A stretch of DNA of 64,000 bases from Guillardia theta CCMP2712 (Eukaryota; Protista; Cryptophyta): NCBI RefSeq assembly GCF_000315625.1, contig NW_005434551.1:128228-192227 (forward strand), read 5' to 3'. The position numbers and the translations under genes were made by a program. A model generated the notes under the pieces. It was not told the origin of the DNA and did no database searches. It was given only the letters and a program-made list of their open reading frames with translations. Below, piece by piece: positions 1-12,160 of the stretch (within the stretch, counting starts at the first letter, position 1; each line of letters starts with the position of its first letter).

Positions 1-480
1 GGTCGAATATCTGCTTAACCGTGTGGAAACGCACTTGAAGCTGATTCGATTCTTATTTTTCTTGATCTTTGAGTAGGATCAAATGGAACTACCAGGAGAT
101 CTGGCGGAAGTTTTCATGTCATGGAGCTAGGCTGTGGCATGCATAACTGGAGCTACTTCTGGATCGGCGAACAAGGTACAACTGCACAACAATCTTCGAA
201 TGCCTTGAAACGGATGTTCCAATCTCGCGGCAGCAATCTCTGGTCACAAGTTCTTTACGGTTCAAAATTTATCTTTTGGTCTTCAAATGCCGGCGGGCAC
301 GCTCTCTCTCTCTCTCTCTCTGTTATCTGAACTCCGAAGTTCTCTCCTCAGACTCTCTTATCTTATCCTCCTTCTCTCGTCACTGACTTGCATCAGCTCG
401 CCAGGCATCTCCCTTATCTCTGCACTGCACATCTAATAGCCCTGCATGAAAATCTTCTTCAGAATGGACTATCCTTGAAT
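1..480 (+). CDS. Possible 3' part of a SAM-dependent methyltransferase (METTL18/METTL21-like), multi-exon, cut by the window edge
   Basis: FHVMELGCG (~112-138) resembles class I MTase motif I (VLELGCG), and a downstream segment reads SPGISLISALH (~397-430). Splicing not resolved. Confidence 0.3.
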
Positions 481-939
481 GGTTATTGCCCACTCAGCAT
501 GACTGTGAACTTGACGTTGTATCATCGTATCTTGACTTGGATCTGCTGACATTCTTGTTTGTGTGACTTTCTGACGTCCGATGTAACGTACTATTTCAGA
601 AACTCGGGGGGAGGATGGAACGTATGCCAGCCGTGCCAGTCAGATAGCGCCGAGTTAACAAAAACTCTCCTGTAAACCAAGACGACTTACGTGGCGAGGC
701 GGCATGTAGTACGTGGGATGAAGAGGGGACTTTCCTAGCCGTCTTGCTAAGGTCCTCTCATGTCTGGATGCTTGGGTTTCACATCCTAGCATACAGTCTA
801 TCTCTCATGTGCTCCTCAATGCTGGTTTTTGTGTGCATTAAACTCGGTCTTGAGCAAAAACTGTCTTGTTACAACTAAGGTCGATGTGACGTCTGCGTGA
901 CTTTGGACTAGTACAAGTCTAACAAACTTGTATTCCGTC

Positions 940-1380
940 TACAGTGACTCACGGTGATCCGATCGGACTCGGACCGGTGAGCCCGGCCCCGGGCCGCCGG
1001 GCCGGGGCCCCGCCGGGCCGGCGGCCACCGTGCCAGGGCCCGGCGGCCTGAGCCCCGGCCGGTGACCTCACAGAGTCAGTGGGCCCGAGTCGGACCGTAC
1101 TACGCCGTCCTACCGACGGTCACGGTCCGGGCCACCGTTGCCCCGCCGGCCCCTGGCAGTGAGTCTGCCGCGCGCCGCCTGGCCCCGGGCCGCGGGCCGG
1201 ATCACACTGGTGACCTAGTAGGCTGCGGTGAGCGCTGCGGCAGTACTACCGTCTGTACCACGGCCCGGAGTCAGCGAACTGCCTCCCGGGCCCACCGCCA
1301 AGTCCGATCGGGAGGCGGCACTGACTGATGACGCGGCCTACTGCCAGTCACGGTAAATTCACAACCGTGACTAACAACGG
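940..1380. other. GC-rich intergenic island made of short palindromic words (CCGG, GGCC, CCCGGG, GTAC, GTGAC/GTCAC, GACTC/GAGTC)
   Basis: Abrupt GC rise; dense ccgg/ggcc/gactc words; no credible ORF. The same texture recurs at several other intergenic sites. Confidence 0.75.
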
Positions 1381-2497
1381 TTCGTTAAAAAGATATTTTA
1401 ATGCTATATCGTTTTTAGTTGAGAGGAGCGGCCCGGCCGGGTAAATCCTAATGACCGGTGAGTGGGAGGTGGCGTCTACTAGGATTGCCTCTATGTGCGA
1501 GGGTAGGGGTGTAGCGATAAGAAGTTGCAGGTTAAATTAAGAAATTAAGAGCACATTAACGAGTGAAATCATTGGATTACCTGGATTAATTCAAGGTGCT
1601 CTTGATTAAGATCAGGGTCTCCAGGAATTAAGAAATTACAAGGTGAGTCCCTCGATGCACGTGCAGGGGTTACAAGGGGTGTAGACCACGGGCGGTAGGG
1701 TTGTCATCCAAATTGTATTAGGTGGGCAAGGAAATCTGCCAACTTGCATTAGAATAATATATTAAAGAGGCTCACATAAAGTCACGTTTGGCGTATCTGT
1801 TGTAGTCAGCGATGGGGTCAGGTTGGATCACCCTACCCCTAGATTGATACTTCAATGCCCCAAGCTCCCAAACCTGTACCTCCAATCCGCTGCCTGCAAG
1901 TATCACCCCACCCCCTTGTTTCCCATGGAGTACCCTCCAAACTGTACCTTCACCTTCCCACTTCGCATCGCCTTTCAATCATCAAAAGCAAGGCTACAAA
2001 CACCCACCTTCCGATCAAAATAGTACCCTAGTACCCCGAATTTTGCCTCGTGAAAGTACCGGTTTAAAGAGGATGGACCCCTACAATTCATCATCAATCT
2101 CGTGCACCCCTACCCCACACCCTCCGCCCTTCCCATGCGTTTTTTTCCACCACTTGCCCGCGCGCAGTGCCACAAAGCTCAGCATGCAACTTGTTCGGCT
2201 CCTGTAGCTGCTCCTCCATTTCGATCAAATGCATGCATGCATGCTAGCGAGCCTGTCTGCGACTCTTCTCATCTTTGTCAGTCTTTTGTTCCTCGTTTCT
2301 TATTCACTGCCTTGTCTTGAAGAATTCTTGTTTTCTTCGTGCTTCTTGTAGCACCCATCTTTTTCCATTGATTTTATGGGTTGTTGTATTACGTGCTCTT
2401 CGTTTGCCTCCTTTGCTTTTACAGCTTTCTCATCGTTTACGTTCTTTTTGCCCGAATTCTTATCTTTGCTGAATGGTATCAACAGGAATTATCCAAG

Positions 2498-5400
2498 ATG
2501 AGTGCTGAAGAAGAGTCCAAGGCTCTCAAGAAGTCGTATTCCTTCGACAATGTCAAGTTCTCGGCCGTCGATCTTCACGAGGTCGATATGAAGGACATTG
2601 GTGCCATTCAGAAGGCAATGACGGCTCTTGCTTCTGAGATGCCTGCTGAAATGGCTCGTTTCACTGCTGATGACATGGCAAAGACGGTCAAGGCAGCGGG
2701 ACCGAGATCAATGACCCAATCTGGAGCTCTTGAGAAGATTAAGACCATGATCGAAGACAACAAGACCAAGGAGAATGCCTTCATCGTGATCTCTTCTCTT
2801 GCTTCGGAGGCGGGTACTGTTGTTGAGCCCTTCATGGTATCGTTTCTTCCAGCTTGCTTAGAGGGAACTTCGCACAAAAAGAACGAAGTCAGGGCAGCGG
2901 CCGAAGATGCAGCTAGCGACATTGTAGACATGGTTTGCAGCTGGGGAGTCAAGGCAATGCTTCAAATGTTGATGGTAGGTGCCAAGGAGACCAAGTGGCA
3001 GACAAAAATGATCTCCCTGAGGCTTATTGGCAAATTGGCTGAGAAGCACCCTTACTCGTTTTCTCGTTGCTTGCATGAGGCTATCGCAGTGATCAGTGAA
3101 GGTATGTGGGATACAAAGAAGGACGTGAAAGAAGCAGCTGCTTCTGCTATGCAAGCAGCTTGCGACAGCGTCTCGAACCGTGACATTAAGCCTTTCGTTC
3201 CAGCTTTGATCAATGCCATCCAGAACCCGGAAGAGGTTCCCGAGACTGTTCACAAATTGTCTGCCACTGTTTTTGTGCAATCAGTCGATTCGCCAGCACT
3301 TTCCATCACGGTTCCTATTCTCTTGAGAGGCAGCACTGAAAAGAAGACAGAAATTAAGCGGAAAGTGTGCGTCATCGTCGACAACATGTCAAAGCTGATT
3401 GATGAGCACAGAGAGGCTAAACCTTTTTTGCCTGAACTCATGCCTGCTATTAAGCGTCTGTCGGATGAGATGTCTGATCCAGAGGCAAGGACTATGGCAA
3501 ACAAGGCGCTCAAGACCTTGCAGAATCTTCAGGAAGCAATCGAAACCGAAGAAAGCGCCAAGTCGATGCCACCAGATGTATGCATGGCTGCACTTCTTGA
3601 AGTTCTTTCTGCGACTGTCCCAAGTGCCCCTCTGACTGAGAATACTTTCACTGCTTTCATGGAGTACATTGCAGTTGTTATTAGCTCTATGGCCTGCGAT
3701 TTGTACTTCGATGAATTCGAATGGAAGTTCATCGCCGTTTGCCCATATCTTGCGCCTTTTATGCCGGAGCAAGATGCTGTCAATGTGTTCACAGCTCTTC
3801 ATGCAAGGTGTTACAAGGAGGCTATGCCCAGAGATGCTGCTGAGGACGAAGAAGATGAAGGCGAAGACCTCTGTAACTGTGAGTTCTCACTTGGTTATGG
3901 TGCCAAAATCCTTCTCAACAACACTCGTCTTCATTTGAAACGGGGTAAGAGGTATGGTATCTGTGGCCACAATGGATGCGGCAAGTCAACCCTGATGCGA
4001 GCAATTGCGAACGGACAAGTTGACAACTTTCCTCCTCCAGAAGTTCTGAAAACTGTGTATGTTGAGCATGACATTCAGGGTGACCTTTCGGATTTAAACA
4101 TCGTTGATTACGTCTGCAAGTTGGTTCCTGACCGCAGCAGAGACGAAATCGTTGCAAAGCTCGATGAATTCGGCTTCAAGGATGATGACAGCTCCCCTGC
4201 CTGGATTCGTGCAAACATTTCTGGCCTTTCTGGAGGTTGGAAGATGAAACTTGCGTTGTGCAGAGCTATTTTGATGAATGCAGACATTTTGCTTCTTGAT
4301 GAGCCAACGAATCACTTGGATGTTAAGAACGTTGCTTGGCTCGAAAATTTCCTTGTCAGCCAGGACAAAGTGACGTCATTGATCATCACCCATGATTCTG
4401 GATTCTTGGATCGCGTTGTGACTCATATCATTCATTATGAGGACAATCGTAAGTTGAAAAATTACAAGGGCAATCTGTCCGCTTTTGTCAAGCGCGTTCC
4501 CAAGGCCAAGACCTACTACGAGTTGAGTGATGAGAACATCAGCTTCACCTTCCCTGAACCTGGTCTCCTTGACGGAATCAAGTCGAAGGGCAAGGCTATC
4601 ATCAAGATGGACAAGTGCACATACCAATATCCAGGTAGAGACAAGCCGACTGTATCCGACATCACTCTCCAGGCATCTCTGTCATCGCGTGTTGCTGTGA
4701 TTGGACCTAATGGCGCTGGAAAGTCCACCATCATCAAGATGTTCTGCGGTGAGACCAAGCCTACGTCGGGAATCGTATGGCGCCACCAGAACATGCGTAT
4801 CGCTTATGTTGCCCAGCATGCATTCCATCACTTGGAGAACCACCTTGACCAGACGCCCAATGAGTACATCCAGTGGAGATATTCCTCGGGAGAAGATCGT
4901 GAAGCTAATGAGCAGGAAGGCAAGAAGCTTACTGAGCAAGAAGAAGCTGATCTTCAGAAAGTTCACGTCATCAGGAACGAGGATGGTACCGTGGAGAAGA
5001 AGATCGTTGAAGCCCTCCGCTCACGTCGCAAAACGAAACGTTCGTACGAATACGAAGTCAAGTGGTTGAACAAATCTGAGGAGCACAACTCCTGGATTGA
5101 GAGGGAAAAACTTGAGGAGATGGGATGGGCTAAGATGGTACAGAGGTTGGATCAGCAGGAGGCCTTGAGATTGGGTCTTGCCGCCCGTCCTTTGACCACC
5201 AAGTTCGTGGAGAAGCAGTTGGTCGACATGGGCCTGGAGGCTGAGTTTGCTACTCACTCTCGCATCCGAGGCTTGTCGGGAGGACAGAAGGTCAAGGTGG
5301 TGATCGCTGGTGCTATGTGGAACAATCCTCATATCCTGGTTATGGACGAGCCCACCAACTACCTCGACCGCGACTCCCTCGGGGCCTTGGCTGGAGCCAT

Positions 5401-5701
5401 CCGCAAGTACGGAGGAGGCGTCGTTCTTATCTCCCACAACCGCGAATTCACCGAGGCTCTCTGCCCTGAGCGCTGGGTTGTTGAGAACGGCAGGCTTCTT
5501 AGGGAGGGAGAGGTTGCCGCTGATGAGAAGATTGACCTCAATGGCAATGCCACACCCGACGAGGTCACCGACTCGCTCGGCAACGTGATCAAGGTGAAGA
5601 AGGAGAAGAAGCTCACGGCCCGCGAGCAGAAGAAGCTCGAGAAGAAGAAGGCTCAGCGAAGAGCCGCCGGCCTCCCCTCCGACTCCGAGGAGGACGATTA
5701 A
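2498..5701 (+). CDS. EF3: Translation elongation factor 3 (eEF3; HEAT repeats + two ABC-F ATPase domains with chromodomain insertion)
   Basis: ATG at 2498 (MSAEEE). HEAT region (WQTK, WDTKKDVK, PETVHKLSATVFVQSV); CNCEFSLGYGAKILLNNTRL; Walker A GHNGCGKST; LSGGWKMKLAL; LLLDEPTNHLD; second ABC GPNGAGKST...YVAQHAFHH; chromo-like insert (YEYEVKW); LSGGQKVKVV; DEPTNYLDRDSLGALA; Lys-rich tail. No intron in the CDS. Confidence 0.96.
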   Translation: MSAEEESKALKKSYSFDNVKFSAVDLHEVDMKDIGAIQKAMTALASEMPAEMARFTADDMAKTVKAAGPRSMTQSGALEKIKTMIEDNKTKENAFIVISSLASEAGTVVEPFMVSFLPACLEGTSHKKNEVRAAAEDAASDIVDMVCSWGVKAMLQMLMVGAKETKWQTKMISLRLIGKLAEKHPYSFSRCLHEAIAVISEGMWDTKKDVKEAAASAMQAACDSVSNRDIKPFVPALINAIQNPEEVPETVHKLSATVFVQSVDSPALSITVPILLRGSTEKKTEIKRKVCVIVDNMSKLIDEHREAKPFLPELMPAIKRLSDEMSDPEARTMANKALKTLQNLQEAIETEESAKSMPPDVCMAALLEVLSATVPSAPLTENTFTAFMEYIAVVISSMACDLYFDEFEWKFIAVCPYLAPFMPEQDAVNVFTALHARCYKEAMPRDAAEDEEDEGEDLCNCEFSLGYGAKILLNNTRLHLKRGKRYGICGHNGCGKSTLMRAIANGQVDNFPPPEVLKTVYVEHDIQGDLSDLNIVDYVCKLVPDRSRDEIVAKLDEFGFKDDDSSPAWIRANISGLSGGWKMKLALCRAILMNADILLLDEPTNHLDVKNVAWLENFLVSQDKVTSLIITHDSGFLDRVVTHIIHYEDNRKLKNYKGNLSAFVKRVPKAKTYYELSDENISFTFPEPGLLDGIKSKGKAIIKMDKCTYQYPGRDKPTVSDITLQASLSSRVAVIGPNGAGKSTIIKMFCGETKPTSGIVWRHQNMRIAYVAQHAFHHLENHLDQTPNEYIQWRYSSGEDREANEQEGKKLTEQEEADLQKVHVIRNEDGTVEKKIVEALRSRRKTKRSYEYEVKWLNKSEEHNSWIEREKLEEMGWAKMVQRLDQQEALRLGLAARPLTTKFVEKQLVDMGLEAEFATHSRIRGLSGGQKVKVVIAGAMWNNPHILVMDEPTNYLDRDSLGALAGAIRKYGGGVVLISHNREFTEALCPERWVVENGRLLREGEVAADEKIDLNGNATPDEVTDSLGNVIKVKKEKKLTAREQKKLEKKKAQRRAAGLPSDSEEDD

Positions 5702-5833
5702 GTGTTGCATGCATGGACTGATTTCAGCATTGCTGTGTCGTTGGTTCTGTTTGGTTAAAGTAGCTGCTCGAGAAATACATCATAGCAAGTTCCAATGCTG
5801 TGTCGTCGCTTTGACTGAGTGCGAGCTCAGTCC

Positions 5834-7418
5834 TCACTTCAATGTCTCTGCAAGGGTAGTAAACATCTTCGTCCCCCACCCTCCTCCCCTCCATCTTGTT
5901 CTCACCGTCTCGACAATGTGACCACCAGCCTTGGCCATCTCAAAGAGACTTGCAAGCTCATCTTGTGCGCGAGAAGGAGCTGAAGCTGCGGCAGTCGGCG
6001 GTGCTGGGAAAAGGTGAAAAGGCGAAGTGGAAGAAGCTGCAGGACCTTCCTCCACCACCTCAACTCCTTCCACCATCTGTCTGCATGATATGCCCTTCCT
6101 CACAAGAGCGCGTTTGAGCCGCTGCAGATGGGCCCTTGCCTCCTCGACCTGTGAGATTTGGGGAATATGAGAGAAGCCTCGTCCATCTTGCTGTGCTACC
6201 TCCAGTCTCAGATCTTCCAGATCTTCGATTTTCTGCTTCCTTTGAAGGTCATATGACTCCTTCAGAGTTTGAAATATCTCCATCGCTGTTGCGTACTGCT
6301 CTCGGGTGCTAACATTGTTGTCAGAATACACGGCAGAATGGCAAGTTGCCCTGACCTTTCAAACTCCTCCGACTTTGCCTGTATCTCTTCCTCGCTGCTG
6401 CGAGTTCGAGAGATGGATGGGGTATAACTTCTTGTTCTGATGATTTTCGTGTTGTCGCTGGAGAAGCTGGAAGTGGTCCTCGGCACGGCCACCAGACTTT
6501 CAGACCTTGAGAAGAGATCGCGATGAGAGAACTTGATCCTGACGCTCCTTGCCTCCTCGTCAAACTTCAATCTCGGCCTGCAAGAGAGAGAGGTGACTCA
6601 AGTCGAGACAAGCCCCCGACAAAGCAACAAGTCATCGACCTGGAATATGTGACCTTGGAGACGAAAGGAATCTTCTGGATTTGGACGCAAACATCTCTGA
6701 TGTCAACTAGCCGAACGGGTTTGCCTTCCCTGCCAACCACAATCACGTCTTGCTCTTGATTGTCTGCCCGTCCATGACGAAGTATCCCAGCATTGACTGA
6801 ATACTTCCCGCCAGGCTTCGACAGCAAGAAATCTCGAAATTCAAGCGAGTCAGACTTGAGCTTGTCCAACTCAACATCTTGCAGTTCACAGAAGCAGTTG
6901 TAATAGGGCCAATACACCTCTTCATGCATCGCATTCAATGTCTCGTTTCTGCTTGCTCCTTCGCTCTCCGAGCTGTGTGCGGATGTAGTTCGGTTTGGGC
7001 GAGTGACTGCCATGCCGGGGAAGGTGTACGTCTCATCAGCCTTGGCCTTGGCTTGCATGGCAGAACGGCTGAAGGAGGAGCCGGACAGGGAGGAAGAGCG
7101 AGCAAAGGCTGACTTTCTCACCCAAGTTCTCGTCGGCTCTGCCTCTTCCCGTCTGCTCTCAGTGCTGGGGGCTGGTTGGGGTGACAAAGTCCAGCTGGAC
7201 TCTGAATTTGAATCTTTATGCTTAGAGCCCGAGGCCATGTTGTCAACATCAGAAGCACTCAACGACCTCCCGATCTGCATCCCGTGACTTCGCTCTCTCT
7301 CATCGTGCTTTGAACGATGCCGCCCATCGCTCTGTTCTGAAGATCTCATAGATGGCTTGTCATGGAAAGAGTATCGAACATGTTTCTCCCTATCCTCCCT
7401 CGCCGACCGATAGCTCAT
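5834..7418 (-). CDS. Hypothetical Ser/Arg-rich multi-exon protein
   Basis: Consecutive minus-strand ORFs 6567-7418, 6262-6570 and 5834-6331 with protein-like composition, separated by intron-sized gaps. No family recognised. Confidence 0.55.
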
Positions 7419-7469
7419 CTACGACAACAGAGACTCAGAGGCAGATGTTTCTCGAGTACTACTCTCCCA

Positions 7470-7790
7470 TCCTATCTCTGCTCTCCTCTCCCCTACCCCC
7501 TCTCTTTTCTCTTCTCACTGTTCTCTCTTCTCTCTTCTGCCCTACCCTCTCTCTTTTCTCTTCTATTTCTGATCTCTTCTCTCTTCTCTCTCCTCTCTCC
7601 TCTCTTCTCTCTACTCTCTACTCTCTTCTCTCTCCTCTCTTCTCTCTTCTCTCTCCTCTCTCCTCTCTTCTCTCTCCTCTCTTCTCTCTACTCTCTTCTC
7701 TCTTCTCTCTTCTCTCTCTTCTCTCTCCTCTCTTCTCTCTTCTCTCTTCTCTCTTCTCTCTGCTCTCTTCTCTCTTCTCTCTCTCGTCTC
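7470..7790. repeat. CT-rich low-complexity / microsatellite tract (TCTCTCT/TCTCTTC units)
   Basis: Near-pure pyrimidine tract on the + strand between divergent genes. Confidence 0.9.
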
Positions 7791-8112
7791 ATTCCACCTC
7801 AAATCGCGGTTTCACGAAGGACAAACATCAAAGTCTTGACTACCCTAGGACCTCCACCCCTTCCATCCCCTTTAAAACTACCCCTTCTTTGTTTGCACTC
7901 TGAGATGGAACATGAGCGGGCGCAACAGAAGCCATGGTGAGAGGAGAAAGGAGGGAGGGAGGAAAAGGAGGAGACCAGTCAGGGAGAGAGAGGAGAAGCA
8001 TGGTAGACGAGTGAAGAGGAGGAGAAGCATGGTAGACGAGGGAAGAGGGGCAGACTAGACCTCAGACTCGATATCAATCTCTTCCAAGAGTATGTAACTG
8101 GGTCTTGACTCC

Positions 8113-9724
8113 ATGACAGGGGCTGATGTGGGAAGGAACTTGGCAGTCTTCATCATGCTTGTCTCGCACCTGAGGGAAACTCTTCAGTTCAGCACCATGA
8201 CCATGACTCCCAAGTTGAAAAGCCTCTCTGCCGGATCATCGTCAAGATTGCTTGCAGGGAGGCCAACAAGAAGTTCTCACTTGAACACTTATGCGAGCTC
8301 ATGGGATAGACCACACCTCAAACCAGAGCTCGAGAAACATATCAAGTATCTTACAGATCACGTCGTGACAGAGAGAGTCAGCTTCCTCACGAGTCAAGTC
8401 CATGCTCCGGTCATCAGGTTGAAAGATCGCTTCCTCGACAAGCACGGCGTCGAAGTGTATGTCAAACGAGAAGACATGATCGACCAACACATCTCAGGGA
8501 ACAAGTGGAGGAAGCTCAAGTACAACATGTTGCATGCACTTTATTCCGGTCGTGAGGTAATTCTACAACCACATTGGAGGTCGCTCACCGAGTTACCCAG
8601 TGCATCATTACATTTGGAGGAGCTTTCTCGAATCACATAGCGGCAACAGCTGCGACTGCCAGCAAGTGTAAAATGTTGTCGAGATCCGTTGCTGGTGAGT
8701 GCGGCTGACGACAGTTTGTGAAACATAGGAAAGCTATCGGTATCATACGAGGAGAAGAGCTGTCGGAGCAGCCTCTGAACCCCACACTTGCTGCCGCCGC
8801 CGCCAACGGCATGATCTTCAAGTTCATCAACAGAGAAGAGTGATACGGGCGCAATGGAGCGATTGAAACACTCATGTTTGGGCAGATATCGCCTGTTAAC
8901 AAGCAAGAGCGAAGATGTTCGCCTACATCCTGCTATTCGCGAGCTAGAGCTGGAGCATGGGCCATGTCGCAAACCTGAAACAACAGACGTGACGGTCGTG
9001 TAACTACTTGGCAGGCCATCTTGTTCCCGAGGGAGGAGCCAACTGGCTCGGAATGTACGGCTGTTCTGAAATCCTTCGGGACGTAGAACTTGCCTCGAGC
9101 TCGCATGATCTTCGTGAGTTTGACATCGTGTGCACTGCTTGTGGCACTGGATCAACCCTAGCGGGTCAGTGAAACGCATCTGCTCTCGTGGCATGAGGAT
9201 GAAGGGAGTACTTTGCAGGAATGTCTCTTGCAGCAGCTCCCGAGAACAGACTGATCGGTTTCCCTGTGTTGAAGGGAGCACAGTTCTTAGAGAGCGACGT
9301 AGAGGAGCAGCTTCAGTGGTGAGCTTTTGCCCAATGTTGTTCTCCAAGTGAGTAGAGCTCTCGGCATGGCATGGCAGGTGGGTAGATGATGCCGCTTCTT
9401 TCCAAACGTGCAAGGACAAGATCACTTTCGATTTCAATGCTCACGGGGGTGGATATGGGAAGTACAACACGGGACTGCTCAGCTTCATCAGCACGTATAA
9501 GTTGTGAGATGCTGTTTCAGCATTTGATGACAGAGAGCAGGTTCTACGAGACCCATGGGATCAAGCTGGATCCTATCTACACGGGAAAGATGATGAAGGG
9601 CATCTACCAACTCATCCAACAAGGTCAAATCGCAGACTCTCGCGTGCTGGCGATCCACACGGGCGGGTTGCAAGGGATCGCAGGCGTGGAGCTCAAGACA
9701 GGAAAGAAGTTGTTCGACTCTTGA
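8113..9724 (+). CDS. PLP-dependent ACC deaminase / D-cysteine desulfhydrase family protein, multi-exon
   Basis: VYVKREDMIDQHISGNKWRKLKYN (PLP Lys); next exons ITFGGAFSNHIAATAA, AIGIIRGEEL..PLNPTL, VPEGGAN, ACGTGSTLAG, GGGYGK, LDPIYTGKMM, IHTGGLQG; stop at 9724. Start uncertain. Confidence 0.9.
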
Positions 9725-9894
9725 GCATGACGGGAGAAACATGCAGGAAGTGAGGAGGAGCGGTGTGCCGCACAAAAGGGATACGAGAGGCCTTGCTGAG
9801 AAGACGATTGTAAGATTTAGAAAGCGATTCGAAAGGAGGAGAGGGTAGAGAGGCTCATGGTACACAGCTGGACAAGGAGCTGGAGTAGCTCGCC

Positions 9895-12160
9895 TCATGA
9901 TTCAGCTTGTTGATTGTCTTCGTCTACTTCCATGGCCTGTACCGCTAGATCGCCCTCCAGCTGCTCCAGGTGGTCCAACATGTTCTGCGCCTTGCCCTTC
10001 AGCACCTACAAGCCATGTGACTCGGAGAGGAGACTGGGAGGAGGAGACCTGCAACGCCTGCTTGAAGAGCTGGGCGGGTTTGATGATGCCTGTGCTCTCG
10101 ATGGTGAAGATGAAATGGTCTTTCTTCCTCGCAAGACGAACGGCTAGCTCGTCGTCAGCAGGGGACGCAAGTCAGTCGGGTCCGCCTCACCTTTCGCCAG
10201 CTCCGGCTCTCTGATGCATTCACGGCACAGCGTGCAGTCTCTGACCTGCGATGCCATGAGGGGTGGTATGAGGGGCCAAGAGACAAGGGACGTGACAAAC
10301 AAGACAAGAAGCACAAGGGCAGGAGTGCTGGATCAAGACAAGTCAACGTCAAAGCGATGACGATCAAGGACAACAGTCGATGACTATCAAGGACAACAGT
10401 CGAATTGAAGTGGCGACGGCACGTGCAATATCGAGGTAGATGAGGCCTGAGATACATTTGCGCATGAAACAACAACAAGGCCGAACCTTGTCCGACACAA
10501 TGGCTCTTCGTCCTCCTGGGACTCCATGAGCTTCTTCGATATCGAAACAATCCATGGGGCATTTCTTGACCTAGCAAGCGCATGAGAACACTATACCTCG
10601 TCTCTTCTCTCTCTTCTCACCAGCGAGTCCGCAAGATCACCGGTCACCTCTTCAACGAGATCGATGCGCGGAAGAAGCCTATACCTGCACAGACCATTTC
10701 TTTTCAGTCCTCTGCCCTCGGCTCCCATTCTTTTCTCCCTCTCCCGAGCCTTCTCTTTTTCCTTCCTCTTCTCTCACCAGGCGGTGGCCACAGGTGACCA
10801 CTTAGCATGTCCGCGGTCTCCGCAGTTGTTTCCTTTGTGGCAGTGCATTTCCATGTCCAGCTCCTGCAGTAATCATGCGCGTCACTCGAGGAGGAACCTC
10901 GTCGCGCAAGGGACTGAACCTGCCCGGGGCGCAGTCGGGTGATGAGGATGTCGTCGTGAACAGGAGCAGGAGGTGAGCTCTTGAAGGTTTCCTGCAGCCG
11001 CATCACCCCATGCACGCGAAGAGAGGATCGTCACACCGCTTGCTTGCCAATGGGGATCCACTCGAGCTGGGAGGAGAAGACCTGACTGACTGTGAGGAGG
11101 GGTTGTTGCAAGACAATTAAAGAAAACGACAGGGGAGGGAAGAAAGGAAAATGCTGCAGAGATGCACTAGCATGGGAAGAAGCATCGAGATCAGGAGGAT
11201 CTGAATGCAAGACACGGAATTGAGCAACCAAACACATACAATCGAAATGACCAAAATGTGAAGAAACATAAGACTTCGAACAGATAAAGACGCAAGGCTT
11301 GCCACGAAAGAGCACCTTTCCGTTGATGGGCTCCTTGTCTGCGCTATCGTGTGGTGGTTTCTTGCACTTTACTTTCAGCTTGAACTTGATGACTTCCTTT
11401 TCCAACTTGTCAAGATTCGTTGTTTCATCCGCGCCCTTAGCTTCTGCAAGTTCAAACGAAAGATATCAACGAAACGATCCGGGGACGACAAGCAAGACAA
11501 GGGAAAACATCAAAGACCTGCAGATGGCCAAGAAAAGATTTCAGGATCCGCCATGATCGGTATCAATCCCAATCTCTGAGCTACCAGCTTTGAAAACAAA
11601 CAAGTAATGTTAGGAGAAGAAACAGCAGAACAGAGAGGGCAAGTATTCCTCACTTCATCTCTCAACACTCCTGTGTTGTTATATACAAATACTTTCTCGA
11701 TGGCCATTGTAGGAACCTGAGACAATAAGTGAAACTAGTCGCCACAGTGAGTTTTGCTGTACCTCTGCCAGAAGGACACGGCGGATAGAATTTGCAAGGG
11801 CCACTTCAATGCCAGAGAGGTCGAAGGACATCTTACAGCTCAATCAGCTCGTATCGCACGCCTTCTACTATCTTACCTGGTCCTCTTTGATCTCTAAAAT
11901 TTTCATCTTCACTCTATCCCGCCATTTGTTGATGTCCAGCACCTCGTCCTCAGGGAATGTTCCAGGGGCTTCACGTAAGAGTCATTGATAGACGATGAAT
12001 GAGAGATGCCCTACAATATGTGGTTGTGTGGGTTGGTGCGGTTCCATTGCAGATTACATACTCCTTGAAGAAACTGCGTAGATTTGGTTAGATCAATGGG
12101 TAACTAAGCCTAGTATCAATCCAAACCGTAGATCTGCACTCATCTTCTCGGACTTCATCA
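9895..12160 (-). CDS. RPC40: DNA-directed RNA polymerases I and III subunit RPAC1 (AC40), multi-exon
   Basis: Exons read [13 protein letters not shown] / [21 protein letters not shown] / [12 protein letters not shown] / IKFKLKVKC / [10 protein letters not shown] / [11 protein letters not shown] / [11 protein letters not shown] / [11 protein letters not shown] / [14 protein letters not shown]. Stop TGA at 9895-9897; start approximate. Confidence 0.92.

Noticed and set aside
2381-2497. Hydrophobic N-terminal extension on eEF3 from the ORF track
   Set aside because: Begins at a non-ATG codon in a T-rich tract ending in CAG (~2485), which looks like a 5' UTR intron. ATG 2498 is the likely start.
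7352-7940. Leu/Ser-rich ORFs resembling membrane proteins
   Set aside because: They are translations of a CT microsatellite.
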